A stretch of DNA of 23,961 bases from NCBI GenBank assembly GCA_030141605.1, contig JAQGDQ010001829.1, forward strand, positions 1-23,961, read 5' to 3'. Of the stretch, positions 20,653 through 23,961 are shown one piece after another. Each line of letters opens with the position of its first letter. The stretch's first letter is position 1. Source of the stretch: Tubiluchus corallicola (lineage: Eukaryota > Animalia > Priapulida). The position numbers were made by a program, and so were the translations under genes. The notes below the pieces were generated by a model. The model was not told the DNA's origin. It saw only the letters and a list, made by a program, of their open reading frames with translations, and ran no database searches.

Positions 20653-22109
20653 CTAAATACCACTAATGATAGTTTTAATATTACGATGACAGCTCCTATA
20701 TATGTCTATGTGTCTAAGCTCTGAATGAAAACTGTGAGCTTTTATTAAGTTGGAAACGAAAATAGATTATGAACAACCACTGACCAAAGATATAAAAAAC
20801 ATGATGCAGAACTCAAATTGGTACAAAGAGGCTGTACAAAGAGCCCTGATAATCAGCTATATCTAAACTTACAAGAACTGGATATGCGATGTTTACAAAA
20901 CTATCAAGTTTTGATAAGAAGCACTCCCAGAGGTGACCAGTTCATTTCACTAACTATTTTAAATAATGAAGCTTCATGTATAGGTTTAGATGGCCAATAA
21001 AAATGGCTGATTCACAATCGAAAAAAACTGCGTCATGCTTTTTATATCGTTGGAATCCATGCATTTTTAAACTATTGCTGAACTTCTTATTTTCATGAAG
21101 AAGTGAACATCGCACAACTGTTAGCTCTGTGGACAAGAAAACGGGATCTACTGCGAGCGTTTCATTAACTTTAAGAAAAAAATATTCTGGCACTACCAGG
21201 TCTACAAATTCCATTGAAAAATAGACAGAAAGAAACTTATTAATAAAAATTGCGGAAACTGAAATAATGACAGCTCAGCGATTTCTTTCAAATCTTGAAA
21301 CACTTTGTCAAAAGCATACTCAGTTACTCAGTAAACGAAGCATGAAGAACTAAACCTTTTATAACTGCAATGGATCGACTACATATGGCAGATAAGACAA
21401 AGAACGAACTATAATTTCATTTGAGAAACGAGAGCACTCCCCTGAGACTTTTCTTCATTAATCAGAGAAAAACTTAATGCTCTTTATAGTCTTAAAAATT
21501 ATAACATTAATTCTGTAGCTTTCGCCCTCAGCTGAATAAAAAGTGCTGGTAATCCGAGAGTCAGATTTTGTTTCGTTTTATTTTTTGAGGCAAAAAATTT
21601 GTCGTTTTAGAAGGAGTGTTGTACATGTGACGAAGAGTCAATTTTCAGCAAAACAGATTCGATTTTGTATCAGCATAAATCATTGACCAGTAGGGAGGAA
21701 AGGCAAGTCCGATTCCCCTAGGGAATGAAGGTGTTGGAAAGGAAACTGTAGAGCAATCTTGATGGAGAGGAATTTGCATTACAAAAACGCTAAGTAAGTT
21801 GATACCTGCAACAAGGTGAATGTAATTATGACTTGTTACCAGGAAAATTTTTTATTGACCTAGATAGGTTTTTGTGTAAATTTTAGAAAATCTTACTGCC
21901 TAAAATTTTTACTGTCTCAATTTTTACCGTCTTTATAGGGTTGTAAATTTTTCTTGTACCAATACCTCTGGTGGCATCCAAAAGATCTTAAGAAGTACAT
22001 ATTATTACCATGTTATCACTCATATACATTATGTTTGATATCGGTTTACGAGCTTTAAGCTCATGTTTTACAAATATGTACTGTTTATATCATACCGATG
22101 AAAATAATT

Positions 22110-22737
22110 ATTATCTTACCTTATCTTGTCTTGTCTTGTCTTGTCTTGTCTTGTCTTGTCTTGTCTTGTCTTGTCTTGTCTTGTCTTGTCTTGTCTTGTC
22201 TTGTCTTGTCTTGTCTTGTCTTGTCTTGTCTTGTCTTGTCTTGTCTTGTTTGTTTGTTTTTTTGTGTGTTGTTTGTCTTGTCTTGCTTGCTTGCTTGCTT
22301 GCCTTGCCTTGCTTGCTTGCTTGCTTGCTTGCTTGTCTTGTCTTGTCTTGTCTTGTCTTGTCTTGTCTTGTCTTGTCTTGTCTTGTCTTGTCTTGTCTTG
22401 TCTTGTCTTGTCTTATCTTATCTTGTCTCCTCTCATCTCGTCTCATCTCATCTCATCTCATCTCATCTCTCTCATCTCATCTCATCTCACCTCATCTCAC
22501 CTCATCTCATCTCATCTCATCTCATCTCTCTCATCTCATCTCATCTCATCTCATCTCATCTCATCTCATCTCATCTCATCTCATCTCATCTCATCTCATC
22601 TCATCTCATCTCATCTCATCTCATCTCCTCATCTCTTGTCTTGTCTTGTCGTGTCGTGTCGTGTTGTGTCGTGTTGTGTCGTGTCGTGTCGTGTCGTGTC
22701 GTGTCGGTCTAGTCTCGTCTTGTCTTATCTTATCTTA
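22110..22737. repeat. Compound penta/tetranucleotide SSR: (TCTTG)n, (CTTG)n, (TCTCA)n, (TCGTG)n
   Basis: Direct reading; explains the four ORFs at 22010-22752. Confidence 0.97.
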
Positions 22738-23101
22738 GTATTGCTGTTATGAAGATCGGTTCTCCGTTTAATCAATATTAAAGCCGAAAACCGTCGAAAC
22801 AACAAAAAGAATATATTCAGCTGAATAATTTTTTTCTCAATAACTTAAAACTAACTCTGAAAATGCTTGATAAAGTTAGGCAATACAATTTAAGGATTCA
22901 AGATACATGTACATGCGTTAACTGTAAATTCATCTACCTATACTAATCGAGCTGCGAAGTTTTGCATCCTCATCTAAATAATTTGCATCTAGTCATTGAC
23001 AGAGAACGTGACAGCCGTTTAGGCTTTGTTGCACCCTGCCACTTAATACAGGACCTCGTTGTAAACAAGCACATTGCTCACTTGCTGTGTTAGGTTTATC
23101 G

Positions 23102-23368
<267 letters not shown>

Positions 23369-23961
23369 GTGTTTGGTTCCAGTCCATTTGGCACTCATTA
23401 ACTATACTCATACATTTCACATATAGTATGACAATGTCAACGTCATGAATTACATATTAAGTTACATCTAGTTACGACAACCGATTCATTACCATAGCTC
23501 GGCACGTGGCGCCACCTTGTTGTCAACCAAGTAACAAAATCAATAGCTAGACAAGTTGCACCTGTATTAGTACTGCACACAGGTGCGTAACCTGTATCTA
23601 CAGCTGATGAAACATTAGCAGCCAGAGTTTAAAATGCTAAACGGCCACCAGAATATAAGCACCCGTCCGTATCCAAAATGCATTAAACGTCCTTAAGTTC
23701 AAGTGACAAATTTTTGAGGCGGCCATGTCAGTGTCGCCAAGATGTTTAAAGTGTTAAGTGTTACAGTAAAAAACAACAAGACCGTGTGAAAGTGCTAATA
23801 CTAATAAGATTTTTTAAACATGAAGATGCATCCATGTCTGCTGAGGACTTATGATACGGTAATCATATTTATTGTTTAATCAAGTAACTTTTCACTGCTA
23901 CGATCTGATGGAATTATTTCCTACAGAAAAGTGAAAAAGTGAGATAAGACCATTACTCTAA

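Overview
AT-rich, microsatellite-rich eukaryotic DNA, probably from an invertebrate animal; the species cannot be determined from the sequence. The only well-supported protein-coding gene is a 5-exon nurim (NRM, nuclear rim protein) on the minus strand: join(20076-19950, 18637-18450, 17213-17034, 13099-13003, 11433-11213), 813 nt, 270 aa, rebuilt by hand with consistent intron phases. The rest is repeats: a 27-bp minisatellite (59 units), a 64-bp hairpin satellite (~36 units) in intron 3, a 33-bp array that multiplies the exon-3 splice donor, two hAT MITEs with 8-bp target-site duplications (TSDs), a piggyBac-type MITE, a terminal-inverted-repeat (TIR) element flanked by an unusual 30-bp direct repeat, LINE 3' stem-loop remnants and many SSRs. 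Most listed ORFs are repeat artefacts. Best leads: the in-frame tandem splice-donor array, the 30-bp 'TSD' element, the hairpin satellite, a Cys/UGA-toggling frame through the 27-bp repeat (speculative) and a probable GC-AG first intron. All counts and alignments were done by eye.
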